Below, one piece after another: positions 19,790 through 31,174 of a stretch of 64,000 nucleotides of DNA. The DNA is from Alphaproteobacteria bacterium (GTDB lineage: Bacteria > Pseudomonadota > Alphaproteobacteria > SHVV01), in assembly GCA_965261735.1 (NCBI GenBank), contig OZ253470.1, forward strand, positions 416,001 to 480,000. Direction: 5' to 3'. The translations under genes were made by a program, and so were the position numbers. A model generated the notes under the pieces. The model saw only the letters and a list, made by a program, of their open reading frames with translations, did not search any database and was not told where the DNA came from. The stretch's first letter is position 1; the number at the start of each line of letters is the position of its first letter.

Positions 19790-20436
19790 AGGCCGACCAG
19801 GATGCCCGCATGGGTGAGCGCGCTGCCCGAGGCGCAGACCACGGCGTCGAAGGGCATGCCGGGGGTCTGGTCCACGATCTCTTCGGCGGCGAGCACGTAG
19901 CCGAGTCCACCGAGCGGCGGATGCCCGGGGGCGGAATGGATCACGTAGGGCCGGCGGCCCTCGCCCGCGAGCGCCGCCGCACGGCGCTCCATCGCCGCGT
20001 CCGCCGCCGCTTCGTCCTCGCCCTCGGGGAAGGCGTGGAGGGTTGCGCCCAGCACGCGGTCGAGCAGCAGGTTGCCGGAGGTGCGGTAGAGCGCGCCCAT
20101 GCCGTCCACCCGATCTTCAAGTTGGATGTGGGCCTCCATCCCGAGCCGCCGCGCAGCCGCGGCGGCGATGCGCACCAGGTTCGACTGAACCGCGCCGGTG
20201 ACCAGCACCGTATCGGCGCCGCGTGCCTCAGCCTCGCCGAAGTGGAACTCGAGCTGGCGCACCTTGTTGCCGCCGAACGCGAAGCCGGTGCAGTCGTCGC
20301 GCTTGATCCAGAGATCGATGCCGAGCACAGCGCCGAGGTTCAGAGCGGGATCGAGCGGCGTCGGCGCATAGCCGAGCCGCGCCCGCGGGAAGCGGGCGAT
20401 GCCGGCAAGGGAGGTGGGCATGACGGGAACAGGCAT
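19790..20436 (-). pseudogene. D-cysteine desulfhydrase/ACC deaminase family PLP enzyme, C-terminally truncated
   Basis: PTPL, IKRDDCTG.AFGGNKVRQLEF, GAVQSN, ASGSALTHAG then loss of homology. Confidence 0.85.
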
Positions 20437-20566
20437 GTCCGGTGGCTTCTCCGGGGAAGTGTCTCAGTTTGCGCCCAGACAGGCGCCCTCGCCGGGCGGC
20501 CGATGCAAGCGGATTTTGCCGCCCGCGGCGATAACGCGCCCCCCGGTATTGAAGTCGGCGGCGGTC

Positions 20567-20728
20567 CCACGATCTTCATTGCCATGGGATCGGGTTTTTC
20601 CTTGGCTTGTAAATCAGCCTGGCGCACCAGCCACTTTGCGAAGACCTCTTCAGCGTGCCCGCCGCCGACAGAAGCGCATTCAATTTTCTCATCGGACCTT
20701 CGGTGAGTACGGTTTCATCGATAGCCAT
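20567..20728 (-). pseudogene. Decayed paralog of 8993-9328
   Basis: Identical GAGAGGTTCAGGAAATGGCTATCGATGA start; KPDPMAMKIV. Confidence 0.75.
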
Positions 20729-21123
20729 TTCCTGAACCTCTCACTTCCAACTTCTTTCACCGTAGAGTAGCGGGGCTTTGATAGGACAGATTGCCACTGT
20801 TCCGCGGCGGTTACGGGTAATGGCCTGCACGCCTAATAATCACTTTCGTATCTAATCCTCTAAGAATAAGTCAAATTCCGCTACTACATTACCGTCGGCA
20901 GGAGATTCGATTCTATACCGCCCCTCTTTCACGAAGCGTCTCAACTTTTTTACGAGACATTATGTGACGTTTCCGATCTATTTCCCGCCGCCGGATTGTG
21001 GTGATCCCAAAGGCAGTCACGTTATTGAACGGCCGTGCCGCGAATTAGCATAAATCTCAAACTCAAGCGGTGGCGGTTTGCCGCGGGCCCAGTGCGTGGT
21101 TGCGAAACTGGCGCAATGTTTTT

Positions 21124-22150
21124 CCTGCTTATCCGTGACACTCCGCTTCGGAAGGCATATGTTCTTGGTATGTTCCTGACGAGGGAGGTTACGGATATGG
21201 GGTTCAAGGTTGCATCGCGGGTGCGCGGGTTGAGCGACGAGGCGTTTCGCGAAGCCTTCGGCGCCGAGGAGCAGTGCCGCTTGGCATTGTCCCGGCTGCG
21301 CTGGCCGGACGGCTTCGTCTGCCCCGCCTGCGGCCATCGCAGGCATTGTGTGCTGGCGGGCCGGAGCCTCTACCAATGCTACCGGTGCAAGAAGCAGACA
21401 TCCTCCACGGCGGGCACGATCTTCCACGCCACCAAGCTGCCGCTGACGCTGTGGTTCGCGGCCGTCCACCTGATCGTAACGGCGAAGAACGGGATTTCCT
21501 CGGTCGAGCTGGGGCGCCGTCTCGGGGTCAAGCAGCCGACCGCCTGGACCATGAAGCACAAGATCATGGCGGTGATGGCGCGGCGCGAGGCAGACACGCC
21601 GCTGTCGGGGCGGGTGGAGATGGACGATGCTTACCTCGGCGGCGCGCGCGCCGGCGGCAAGCGGGGCCGTGGCGCGCCGGGCAAGACGCCCTTCGTGGCG
21701 GCGGTCTCCACCAGCCCCGAGGGCCGGCCGCGCAAGGTCAAGCTGGTCCCGGTCAAGGGCTTCCGCAAGCGCGAGATCGCGCGCGGCGCCAAGCGCTGGC
21801 TGGCCCCCGGAAGCGAGGTCCTCACCGACGGCCTGCGCTGCTGGAACGCGCTCGACGGGGTCGTCGGAAGCCATCGCGCGATCCGCACCGGCTCCGGGCG
21901 GCAGGCCGCCCGCATGGCGCCCTTCAAATGGGTCAACACGACGCTCGGCAACATCAAGAGCGCGATCACCGGAACCTACCGCAAGCTCGGCCCCGATCAT
22001 GCCCAACGCTACCCCGCCAGCTTCGCCTGGCGATACAACCGGCGCTACCAGCTCAACACCATGATCCCGCGCTTCGTTCACAGCGCCGCACGAACCCAAC
22101 CCATCCCATACCGGGCGCTCATCGCTGGATGACTTTCATGGATAAGCAGG
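21124..22150 (+). mobile_element. IS1595-family element (transposase 21197-22132) inserted in an IS6 remnant
   Basis: IR CCTGCTTATCC/GGATAAGCAGG, 8-bp DR ATGTTTTT; VEMDDAYLGG. Confidence 0.93.
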
Positions 22151-22158
22151 ATGTTTTT

Positions 22159-22282
22159 TGGGGAATCAGATGGCGTTGGACGTTGAAGCTGTTGTAAACG
22201 ATGACGTAGGTAGAGAGAAACCGCTGCGCTGATCGAGCCGATTTGAAACGCTGCATTCGTCGTTCCCGCTGCCGGATCGGCG
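22159..22282 (-). pseudogene. IS6 transposase C-terminal remnant (continues at about 21050-21123)
   Basis: PIRQRERRMQRFKSARSAQRFLS...YNSFNVQRHLI. Confidence 0.75.
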
Positions 22283-22334
22283 CTCCGGAAACCGGCGACA
22301 TTTTGGAAATGCAGGACAGCAAGGAGCGCCATTC

Positions 22335-23084
22335 ATGACAGTCAGGATATTGCTGCCGCTGCTGGCGATCGCCGCCGCCGCGGCATTCATCCCGGACAGC
22401 CGCGCCGAGTCTCCGGCCACCCCGGGCCTCGACAGGGAGTCGGTCCGCAAGATCGTCAGGGAATACCTGCTCGAACATCCCGAGGTCATCGAAGAAGCCA
22501 TCCAGGTTCTGCGGGCCAAGCGGGAATCGCGGACGCAGGACCGCGTCCGCGCCGCGCTCCGCGAGCACGACAAGGCGTTGCGGTCCCACCCGATGTCGCC
22601 GGTCTCGGGCAACCCGAAGGGCGATGTCACCCTCGTCGAGTTCTTCGACTACCAGTGCGGCTATTGCAAACAGTCGCTGAAGCCGGTGAGGGACCTGCTG
22701 GAGACCGACAGGCAGCTGCGCGTCGTCTGGAAGGAGTTTCCCATCCTCGGTCCGGTCTCGCGGTTCGCGGCCCGGGCGGCGATGGCCTCCAGGAAGCAGG
22801 GCCGGTACCTCGAATTCCATGTCGCCGTCATGGGCTCGCGCGGGAAGCTGACGGAAGACAGGGTCATGGCCATTGCCGGCAGCGCCAGTCTCGACGTCCA
22901 ACGCCTTCGCCGCGACATGGAGGATCCCGCCATCGAGAACTACCTCGACGAAACGATCCGCCTGGCCCGGGTCCTCGGCATCCGCGGGACTCCTGCGTTC
23001 GTGATCGGCGACACCCTGGTTCCGGGCGTCGTCGGCGGTGCCCGTCTGAAGGAACTCATCGCCAAGGCCCGGTCGGGCAGCTAA
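22335..23084 (+). CDS. DsbA family thiol-disulfide oxidoreductase (ScsC/Com1-like)
   Basis: Signal peptide, EFFDYQCGYCK, KEFPILG, GIRGTPAF. Confidence 0.92.
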   Translation: MTVRILLPLLAIAAAAAFIPDSRAESPATPGLDRESVRKIVREYLLEHPEVIEEAIQVLRAKRESRTQDRVRAALREHDKALRSHPMSPVSGNPKGDVTLVEFFDYQCGYCKQSLKPVRDLLETDRQLRVVWKEFPILGPVSRFAARAAMASRKQGRYLEFHVAVMGSRGKLTEDRVMAIAGSASLDVQRLRRDMEDPAIENYLDETIRLARVLGIRGTPAFVIGDTLVPGVVGGARLKELIAKARSGS

Positions 23085-23326
23085 GGCCGCGGTCGGCCGT
23101 AAGCTGGCGCAGCCGGAACGCACGGTCGTCGCGACCGTGGACGACGCGGGGTTGGAGATGCGCGCAAGCGTGCGATCAAGCGGACGACCTTCTCCACGGC
23201 CTAACGGAACGTTTACCCCATCGGTTACCCTTCACCCCTTCACGGCGACAGACATGCGCTGTGATTGTACTCCGCGTGATTCCCAATAGATTCCCAACAT
23301 GCTATACTTGCCATGTTGGTGGAATC

Positions 23327-23362
23327 AAAAACCCCTGAAAACATCAGTGTCTTCAGGGGTTT
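23327..23362 (-). terminator. Intrinsic terminator-like hairpin downstream of the tRNA fragment
   Basis: AAACCCCTGAA/TTCAGGGGTTT stem with a T run on the minus strand. Confidence 0.55.
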
Positions 23363-23366
23363 GATT

Positions 23367-23412
23367 TGGTTGCGGGGTTGGATTTGAACCAACGACCTTC
23401 AGGCTATGAGCC
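23367..23412 (-). pseudogene. 3' half of initiator tRNA-Met (att-like remnant)
   Basis: GGCTCATAGCCTGAAGGTCGTTGGTTCAAATCCAACCCCGCAACCA; no D-arm or 5' acceptor strand. Confidence 0.8.
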
Positions 23413-23421
23413 GGATTGTCA

Positions 23422-23467
23422 TGTCAACGGCGGCGGGAATATGTACCGGCGCGGCGGCGCAAAAATG
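23422..23467 (+). mobile_element. IS21-family terminal IR remnant (continues at 24846 to about 24940)
   Basis: TGTCA start, tandem GGCGGCG-N-A(T/A)ATGTACC repeats once the IS1111 is removed. Confidence 0.65.
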
Positions 23468-24845
23468 ATGGAGTGGACGCCTCCTCCCGACGGCATCTGC
23501 ATGTGCCAAGGTGGTGTTGTAGTTCGACCCCCTGAAGGAGGAGGCATCCGTGGAACAGGTTACCATCGTCGGGATTGATTTGGCGAAGCGCAGCTTTCAG
23601 CTTCATGGTGCTGGGGCGGACGGCTCTGTCGCGTTCCGCAGGAAGCTGAGCCGGGAGAGATTGCTTGAGTTTCTCGCTTCTCAGCCGCGCTGCGTGGTCG
23701 CGATGGAGGCTTGCGCGGGCGCTCATCAATGGGGCCGCGAGATCGGACAGCTCGGCCACGATGTGAGGTTGCTCCCGCCGATCTACGTCAAGCCGTTCGT
23801 GAAGCGGCATAAGAACGACATGGCGGACGCAGAGGCGATCTGCGAGGCGGCGCAGCGCCCGACGATGCGCTTCGTGGCGGTGAAGACGGAAGAACAGCAG
23901 GCCAGGGGAATGTTGTTCCACACGCGCGACCTTCTGGTGCGCCAGCGCACGCAGACGATCAACGCGTTGCGGGGCCACCTGGCGGAGTTCGGCGTCGTCG
24001 CGCCGCAGGGACCGGCTCATGTCGATCGGCTGGCATCGGCCCTCCAGGATCCAGGTTCAGGGCTGCCGGGATCGGTCCGTGAGCTGGGCGCCCTTCTGTT
24101 CGATCGGATCGAGGACCTCGATGCGAAGATCGCTGGATTGAGGAGGGAGCTCCGCGCCCGCGCGTGTCAGGACGAAGAGGCGGCACGGGTCATGACGATC
24201 CCCGGCATTGGGCCGATCACCGCAACGGCAGTCCAGGCCTTCGCACCGCCGATGGAGAGCTTCCGGCGCGGCCGCGACTTCGCGGCCTGGCTCGGGCTCG
24301 TGCCGCGACAGTACACGACCGGCGGCAAGCCAAGGCTTGGCAGGATATCGAAGATGGGCCAACGCGATCTGAGGCGGCTGTTGATCACGGGCGCCATGGC
24401 TGTGGTCAGCTGGGCGGCTCGTCGTGGCGAAACGAACGCCCCCTGGCTGGCCAGGATGCTCGCCCGCAAGCCGAGAATGCTGGTCGCGGTGGCGCTGGCC
24501 AACCGGATGGCACGCATCGTCTGGGCGGTGACGACGAAGAAGGAGAGCTACCGGGCTCCCGCCGCCGCCTGAGAGGGCGGCGAAAGGCGGAGAGCCGTCG
24601 GGGATGTGGGCAGGTCGGAGGACAGGTAAGGGCAAACGGTCGATCGAGACGGGATCGGGAAAACCAGTCGTGGTACACGGAGCTTTCAAGCCCGCAAAAA
24701 TGATCTTGGACCCGGCCCGCGCATCTCCATACAGGCCCGCGGCGTCAAACCAGCCGCATCATGAGGCCGGACAGATGACTAAACCTGACCGCATGTGCCG
24801 AACCGTCCGAAGAAAGGCTTGCATCAACGGAGGCGTCCACAGATG
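23466..24845 (+). mobile_element. IS110 family, IS1111 group element (transposase 23550-24572)
   Basis: Subterminal IRs GTGGACGCCTCC 23473-23484 / GGAGGCGTCCAC 24829-24840, TG cores; GIDLAK, KNDMADA, GLVPRQYTTGG. Confidence 0.93.
24573..24828 (+). ncRNA. Predicted bridge/seek RNA
   Basis: Target guides CGTGGTACA 24669-24677 and CGCAAAAATG 24693-24702; donor guides near 24725-24733 and 24771-24778. Confidence 0.78.
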
Positions 24846-24944
24846 TACCACGGGCTCGGTGGTAGCTTGTCCGCGTAGTCCATGGGAGGGACCCGCGCGC
24901 GGGGCGACGCGCCCTCCGCGCGATCGAAGGCAGGCTGCGATTGT

Positions 24945-25565
24945 CTCGCGCGGTGAACAGCGCACGCGATGTCGTCGCGCAGAAAACCAAAGGCGTCCCA
25001 CTTTTTAACGCGTCGGCGGCGCTCAAGCATGCTCTCGATGACGAAACTTTCGCCAGTCTGCCAGGCAAACTGCCGGACTTGGAAGCCAGATTGAATGCCG
25101 CCCTCGGCTGGCATGTCAAACAGCTCGCCGATGAAAAGCTGAGACTAAAAGCACTGGCGTCACGTTTCTTTCTACCTGCTGAGGACCTCACCGTATCGGC
25201 GACCTGTCCGCTCTGCGCCCAACACCTGACAACGGAGCATCAGCTTGCCCTCGCGGCTGAGCTCGGCGCCCTGAAGGTCGACGCGGACGCTGCGGAACGC
25301 GCTATTGATGACGCGTGCTCGGACATCCACAAAACGCTTCTCGTCCTTTTGCCACAACCAATTCAGGACCAATTCGCAAAGCTTGCATCAATGAACCCCG
25401 CCGCAGATTACGGGATCGCCGTTCGAGACCGGTTCGTGAGGCCAACGCCTTTCTCCGATGTGCTTGTCGGCATTGCCCGGTCGGTCGAGAGCCAAATCGC
25501 ATCGCAGACCAAATCGCTACCCGGCTTCCAGCATCCGCCATTCGAGCCGCGGTCTAAGCCGGAGC
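24945..25565 (+). pseudogene. Internal fragment of a coiled-coil ATPase-like protein with a CPLC zinc-hook-like motif
   Basis: Helical sequence around ATCPLCAQ; no start or Walker motifs. Confidence 0.45.
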
Positions 25566-26135
25566 CCGGCCGAACCGCTGGAGGCCGTGATCCGGCGTCG
25601 CGGATCGAGCCGCCGGTTTACCGGCAAAAGCATCTCCTTCACCGCGCTCTCGACGATCCTGGACCGGACCGACCGCGCCATTGCCGCGGACTTTCTGGCC
25701 CCCTCCGGAGCGTCCCTCTGCGACCTCTATCTGATCGTCAACGCCGTCGACGGGCTCCCCGCAGGAACCTACGCATACAGGCCCGCGCACGGCGGGCTGG
25801 AGCCGCTCCGCGAGGGAACGTTTCGGGAGGAAGCGACGGCCTTGGCGCTGGGGCAGGACCTGGCGGGCGAGGCCAGCGTCAACCTCTACTTCCTCGCCAA
25901 CCTGCAACGCGTGACGGCGCGCTTCGGCGATCGCGGCTATCGCGCGGCCGAGCTCGAAGGGGGGATACGGGGCGGCAGGGTCTATCTCGCCGCCTATGCG
26001 CTGGGACTGGAGGCCACGGGGCTGACCTTCCTCGATGACGACGTGACCGCATTCTTCTCGCCCCACGCGGCCGACAAATCGGTCATGTTCCTCGCGGCCG
26101 TGGGCCGGCCGGGCCGGCCTTACGCCGTTTCCTGA
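25566..26135 (+). pseudogene. SagB/nitroreductase family, C-terminal half
   Basis: VIRRRGSSRRF, GDRGYRAAELEGG, GLTFLDDDV. Confidence 0.75.
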
Positions 26136-26158
26136 GCGGGGTATCTGGTGTCGAGCCG

Positions 26159-26590
26159 ATGGCGTCCAAATTAGTGACGGTTTTCGGGGGATCGGGATTC
26201 CTCGGCCACCGGATCGTGGAACACCTGGCCGCAGCGGGGCACGACGTGCGTGTGGGCGTGCGCCATCCCGACCGCGCCGCCTTCCTGCGGCGGCTCGACG
26301 CGGACGGCCGGATCGAGCTGGTGCACGCAGATGTATGGGACGAGGCGACGGTCACACGGGCGGTGAACGGCGCGACTTCGGTCATCAACACCGTCGGCCA
26401 CTATGTCGAGAAAGGAGGCACGACATTCGATAGGATCCACGGCGAAGGAGCCCTGCACGTCGCCAGGCAGACGAAGCAGGCGGGGGTCCTGCGACTGATC
26501 CATATCTCAGGCCTGGGCGCCGATCCCGGGTCGGACTCGCCTTACGTCCGTGCCCGGGGGACCGGAGAAAGCCTCGTCAAGGAGGCCTTC
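26159..26590 (+). pseudogene. NDUFA9-like NAD-dependent epimerase, truncated
   Basis: VTVFGGSGFLG, HISGLGAD, SPYVRARG; collides with the opposite-strand nuclease. Confidence 0.8.
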
Positions 26591-27124
26591 GGCCCGCCGC
26601 GCGATCGAGAGAGATTCGTTTGCCCAGTCGAGCGGCGCCGGCGATGCCAGCCAGGCCTGTCGCCGATCGGGCGCAATCCTCGCATGCAGAAGCTTTCCGA
26701 ACGGATGGATGTCACCGACCCAGTGACCGAGGAACTTGAGCGCTGCCAGCTTTTGGCCGTCCGATGTTTCCCGCGCGGATAGCACGGCGACATCGTGCGC
26801 GATGGCCGTGAAGAGGCAGCGGTCGGTCTCATGGCAATCCGGATCGCCGATGACGATCCAGCTCCTGGGGACGTTGATGTAGTGCTCGGGCCGGCGCGCC
26901 CTTTGCGCCGGAACCCGGAAGTCCGGCCAGACGCAGGACTCGCGGAAGGTCCTGATCCGGTCGTCCGTCTCGAGCGCGATTAGGAAGTTGACGCGCTCCT
27001 TCGCGCCGGGAGGGAGCTCCCGGTAGGCGATCTCGCAGACCGCCTCATGGCCATCGGCGCCGAAGCCAGATGCCCCCGTCGGGTGGCAGACCGCCAAAGC
27101 GGCGACCAGGACAAGAAAACGCAT
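26590..27124 (-). pseudogene. S1/P1 nuclease, internally deleted and truncated
   Basis: Signal peptide, FGADGH, WPD, HYIN, FLGHWVGDIH, WANES. Confidence 0.8.
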
Positions 27125-27281
27125 TCCGTCTCTCCGGATCACGATGGGCTAACGCCCGCCGTCGACCCCATACCGAGCGTCCACGTGACCGCCGCCGTTC
27201 CCCCGGCGATCGCACCCTCGCGGCCGCTGCCCGGGAGAGAGCACTCGGTGCCGGAGCCCCGTCCACACGGAGATCGCAACC

Positions 27282-27521
27282 ATGACCACCAACATCACGG
27301 ACCAACACCGCCACGCCTTCTAGACACTGGCCAGCGGCCGCTATGAGAATTTCGCCCTCGTCTCCTGCTTCTGCGCAGGGGAACCGGCAGCGGCCATCGC
27401 CACCGTCACCGTCCACCCCGCCGGCGAGGACGGCGGCGAGGACGCATACCTCATCACCCCGTTCTTCATCTCGATCATGCCGGGAATACGACTGACCGAC
27501 CACGACGGCCGCGAGCCATAA
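27282..27521 (+). pseudogene. Small hypothetical protein with an internal TAG
   Basis: RBS GGAGA; MTTNITDQHRHAF*TLASGRYENFALVSCF... Confidence 0.45.
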
Positions 27522-27637
27522 CCGGGATGCCCCTGCGCTCGCCGATCGAGACCTGTTGGACAAAGCGGCGGCCGCGTCCGTTCACCCGGCCTCAGCGCAA
27601 CTCGCCTCCTTGCGGGCGGGAGCACGGATATGGAGGA

Positions 27638-28474
27638 TTATGCGGGCGCGGCCCGCGGTATCAGGCTGGTCCGATGTCGATGCGCTCGCCCCAGGGCTCG
27701 CGGTATCGATCGCCGTGCGGGGGGGGCCCAGACGACCCAGGCCACAGGATATGGGGGCGCGGCCTCGGGGTAGCTGTCGCATTCCATATCGGTCAGGTAG
27801 AGGCAGCAGTTTGGATGCACCCCATGCTCATGGAGCCATGCGAAGCCGGGCCGGAAATCGGTCCCGCCGCGGCCCTTGATCGTGATGCTGTCCGGTAGTT
27901 CCCCGGCGGAATACTCGGCCGCGTCCTGCAGCACCGCGTCGACCTGAAGGACGAAGATGCTGTCCGGTTGCAGTTCGGCGGCGATTTCGCGGACCTCGGC
28001 CCAGAACAGGGCCAGCGTTTCGCCCGGCAGCGAGGCGGAGGTATCGATGATGATGGCGATGGCATCGATGCCCTTCGAGTGCATCGAGGGCAGATAGAGG
28101 CCGCTGTCGATGAAACGCCGGTTGGGAACGCTCCAGCTATAATCGCGGCGCGCGGCATCGGTCATGTAGCGGCGCAACAGCGACCGCCAGTCGAGGATGC
28201 TCCGGTGTGCTTGCCGGATCGTCTCTTCGACCGCGCCTGGCGCGTTGCCTTGCGCCCGTGCGAGGCTCGCGGCTTGGTGCATGGCCTCGTCCCACGCCTG
28301 CTCCTCGGCGGGTGTGTCCAGAGGCGATTCGCCGGACTGGCCGGTGGCATCGTCGCGGCGTTCGTCCGCGTCCATGACCTCGCCGGCCCTGGGGGCCTCG
28401 TCGCTACGCTCCTCGGCCCCCAGGGCCGGAACGGAAACCTCATTCAATGTCATCGAGTCTCTCTCTGCGGTCAT
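27638..28474 (-). pseudogene. DUF2201/VWA-like protein lacking the N-terminal peptidase domain
   Basis: DWRSLLR, DYSW..PNRR, IDTSAS, GRGGTDFRP, YLTD. Confidence 0.75.
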
Positions 28475-28554
28475 CGGTTTTCACCTCCACCGCCCTACAG
28501 AAATTCCAAAGGTTGCTGGTGTCTCAGTGATGTTGGCAGAGAGGGCGGGTCCAC

Positions 28555-28650
28555 GAGACGATCCGCATGACGCCGGCGATGATGCTTGGCGTGGCCGATC
28601 ATATTTGGAGCGTGGGCGAGTTGATCGAGGTCGCTGCGAGCTCGGATTTC
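28555..28650 (+). pseudogene. IS1-family transposase C-terminal scrap
   Basis: TPAMMLGVADHIWSVGEL. Confidence 0.55.
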
Positions 28651-28778
28651 CTAAATAGGACAGCGCCATCGCTTGGGCGGGTTGACTATGATCGGGGACA
28701 AGGAGGAGGTTGCCGCGCCGGCAAACTCCCGGGTAATGACTGTGCTGCAAAGGCGCAGTGCAGATAGGGAGCAGTCCA

Positions 28779-29780
28779 ATGTCGAAACTGACCATGCCAC
28801 TGGCGGCGGCACTGATGGTTGCCGGTGCCCTTGTCCTTGCGCGGGGCGCAGATGCGGCCTGCGGCAAGGTGACGATCGCGGAGATGACCTGGGCCTCGGC
28901 TGGGGTGGCGGCCCATGTCGAGGACATCATCCTCAAGGAGGGCTACGGTTGCGATACCGAGGTGGTGCCGGGCGACACGGTGCCCACCGTCACCTCTATG
29001 ACGGAGAAGGGCGAGCCAGACATCGCGCCCGAGGTCTGGATCAACTCCGCGCGCGAGGTCGTCGAGGCGGCGGTGGCGGAGGGCCGGCTCACGATCGCCG
29101 GCGAGATCCTCTCCGACGGCGGCGAGGAAGGCTGGTGGGTGCCCACCTATGTGGTGGAGCAGAATCCGGAACTCACCACCCTGCAGGAAGTCATCAAGCG
29201 GCCCGACCTCTTCCCCGACAAGGAAGAGCCGGGCAAGGGGCGCTTCTACGGCTGCCCGCCGGGCTGGGCCTGCGAGATCGTCAACCGCAACCTCTACATG
29301 GCCTATGGCCTGGACGACGCCGGGTTCACGCTGTTCAACCCCGGCTCGGGCGAGGGGCTGGCGGGTGCCATCGCCAGCGCCTATGAACGCGGCAACCCGA
29401 TCTTCGCGTACTACTGGGCGCCGACCGCGCTGCTCGGCAACTACCCGATGGTCAAGCTCGGCGGGATGGAGCACGACCCCGCGACGTGGCCGTGCATCAT
29501 CGACAAGGATTGCGCCGACCCGCAGCCCAACATGTATGCTAAATCGGTGGTGATCACGGTGGTGACCTCGAGCTTCGCCGAGAGCGCACCCGAGGCCTTC
29601 GAGTTCGTTTCCAACGTCTCCTGGTCCAATTCCTTCCTTAACGGCCTGCTCGCATGGAAGGACGAAAATCAGGCGACCACGCGGGAAGCGGCGGAGCACT
29701 TCCTCAAGAACAATGAGGACGTGTGGGGCGCCTGGGTGCCTGCCGAGGTCGCGGCGAAGGTCAAGGCGGCTCTGATGTAG
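28779..29780 (+). CDS. Glycine betaine/proline/histidine-type ABC substrate-binding protein (OpuAC/ProX family)
   Basis: CGKVTIAEMTWAS, PDIAPEVW, GCPPGWAC, YYWAPT. Confidence 0.9.
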   Translation: MSKLTMPLAAALMVAGALVLARGADAACGKVTIAEMTWASAGVAAHVEDIILKEGYGCDTEVVPGDTVPTVTSMTEKGEPDIAPEVWINSAREVVEAAVAEGRLTIAGEILSDGGEEGWWVPTYVVEQNPELTTLQEVIKRPDLFPDKEEPGKGRFYGCPPGWACEIVNRNLYMAYGLDDAGFTLFNPGSGEGLAGAIASAYERGNPIFAYYWAPTALLGNYPMVKLGGMEHDPATWPCIIDKDCADPQPNMYAKSVVITVVTSSFAESAPEAFEFVSNVSWSNSFLNGLLAWKDENQATTREAAEHFLKNNEDVWGAWVPAEVAAKVKAALM

Positions 29781-30176
29781 CCTGGCGGCTGGTCAGTCGC
29801 CGATCGGAAGAGGCCGCGCGGCCCTCTCCCCCGCCCCGTCCCGGCACGAGTGGGAACGGCATGTCCTCGGGGGTGAACCGTGACCGACTGGGTCCTGAAT
29901 TTTCCTACTCTCGACATTGACCGCCGCCCGGCAGCGCGGAGCGGCCGATCAACAGCCTACTGATTGTGCGCATTCAAGATCAGGCCCTTCGCGCGTTTCG
30001 CCAGTCGCGAGGGGATATCCGGCAAGCAGGCCACCCGCAATGCTTTCGGATATCCGCACCGCGGACTGGCGCAGCGAATCCTTCGCCAGATGCGCGTAGC
30101 GCGCCGTCGTCTCGACCTGCGTGTGTCCGGGTAGGTGTTATTCGGCGCCGAACCTTGGCCCGTCAGACTCTGGCAA

Positions 30177-30982
30177 GGTGCTGTCAACTTAACGAAGGCA
30201 GGTCGCAGTTGAACGTCTGAACTGAGCGGCTCAAGCAGCAGCGGTCACGGTCCGCCACGTGTTCATCGCGTCACCGCGGAATTGGCGCATTGTCTTGCGA
30301 GTGATCAGATGACGTTGGACATTGAAGGTGTTGTAGATGGCGGCGTGGGTGGAGAGAAACCTTTGCGCCGATCCTGATGACTTGAAGCCCTGCATCCTGC
30401 GTTCTCGTTGTCGAACCGGCAGGTGCGAATTCTCCGCCCGATTGTTGCTCCGTCCGCCGGTAACGTGTTTCCCCGTCATGTTGAGATCACGCAATGCTGC
30501 CCCGTAAGATGGCAGTTTATCGGTCACCACCTTATTCGGCGCATACCCCTGCTTCTTGAGCAGTTTGCGCATCAGCTTGAGTGCTGCTTTCTTGTTCCTC
30601 CGGGACTGAACCAAGATAGCCAGCACCTCACCCTCGCTGTCCACCGCCCGCCATAGATACATCCGTTTTCCGTTGATGGAGGAAAACACCTCATCAAGGT
30701 GCCACCGGTCGTCTGGTCGAGGGCGTGATTGTCTCAGTTTTCGGGCATAGGCCTGCCCAAACTTTAAAGACCAGCGCCGTATCGTCTCGTAAGAAACATC
30801 GACACCACGTTCAGCGAGCAGATCCTCCACATCGCGGTAACTGAGCGGAAACCGGAAACACAGCCAGACGGCGCGCTGGATTATCTCTGCAGGAAACCGA
30901 TGTCGGCGGTAGCTGATCTTGTTCATAACAGGAAGCTACTCGCCACCCGCAGCTGACACCAGCCAGTTACCGTGACAGCACC
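30177..30982 (-). mobile_element. IS6 family element, complete (transposase 30231-30926)
   Basis: IRs; WHLDEV, YLWRAVD, VTDKL.SY, NNRAENSH. Confidence 0.95.
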
Positions 30983-31174
30983 TTGGGGCGGAGCTACAGA
31001 GCTCACGGTGGCGCCTAAGCGCACTGACCTAGGCGACTTTCCGAACTACCGGACGCACCGCCACCGCCTCTACGGCGAACAGGAAGGCGTGTGTGTCGGC
31101 TGCGACACGCACTTCCCGTTCCGGGTGATGGACGTTGACCACATGCTGCCCCGCTCCAAGGGCGGGACCGACCA
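30983..31174 (+). pseudogene. HNH domain fragment
   Basis: LYGEQEGVCVGC...VDHMLPRSKGGTDH. Confidence 0.7.

Noticed and set aside
23367-23412. Functional tRNA-Met
   Set aside because: 5' half is absent and the acceptor strand is one base short
24941-26038. 365-aa ORF as one gene (likewise 39367-40071 and 26159-26782)
   Set aside because: Read-through chimeras across deletion junctions
14911-30982. Inverted IS6 pair as a composite transposon
   Set aside because: No matching 8-bp duplication among the four flanks; one copy is internally deleted
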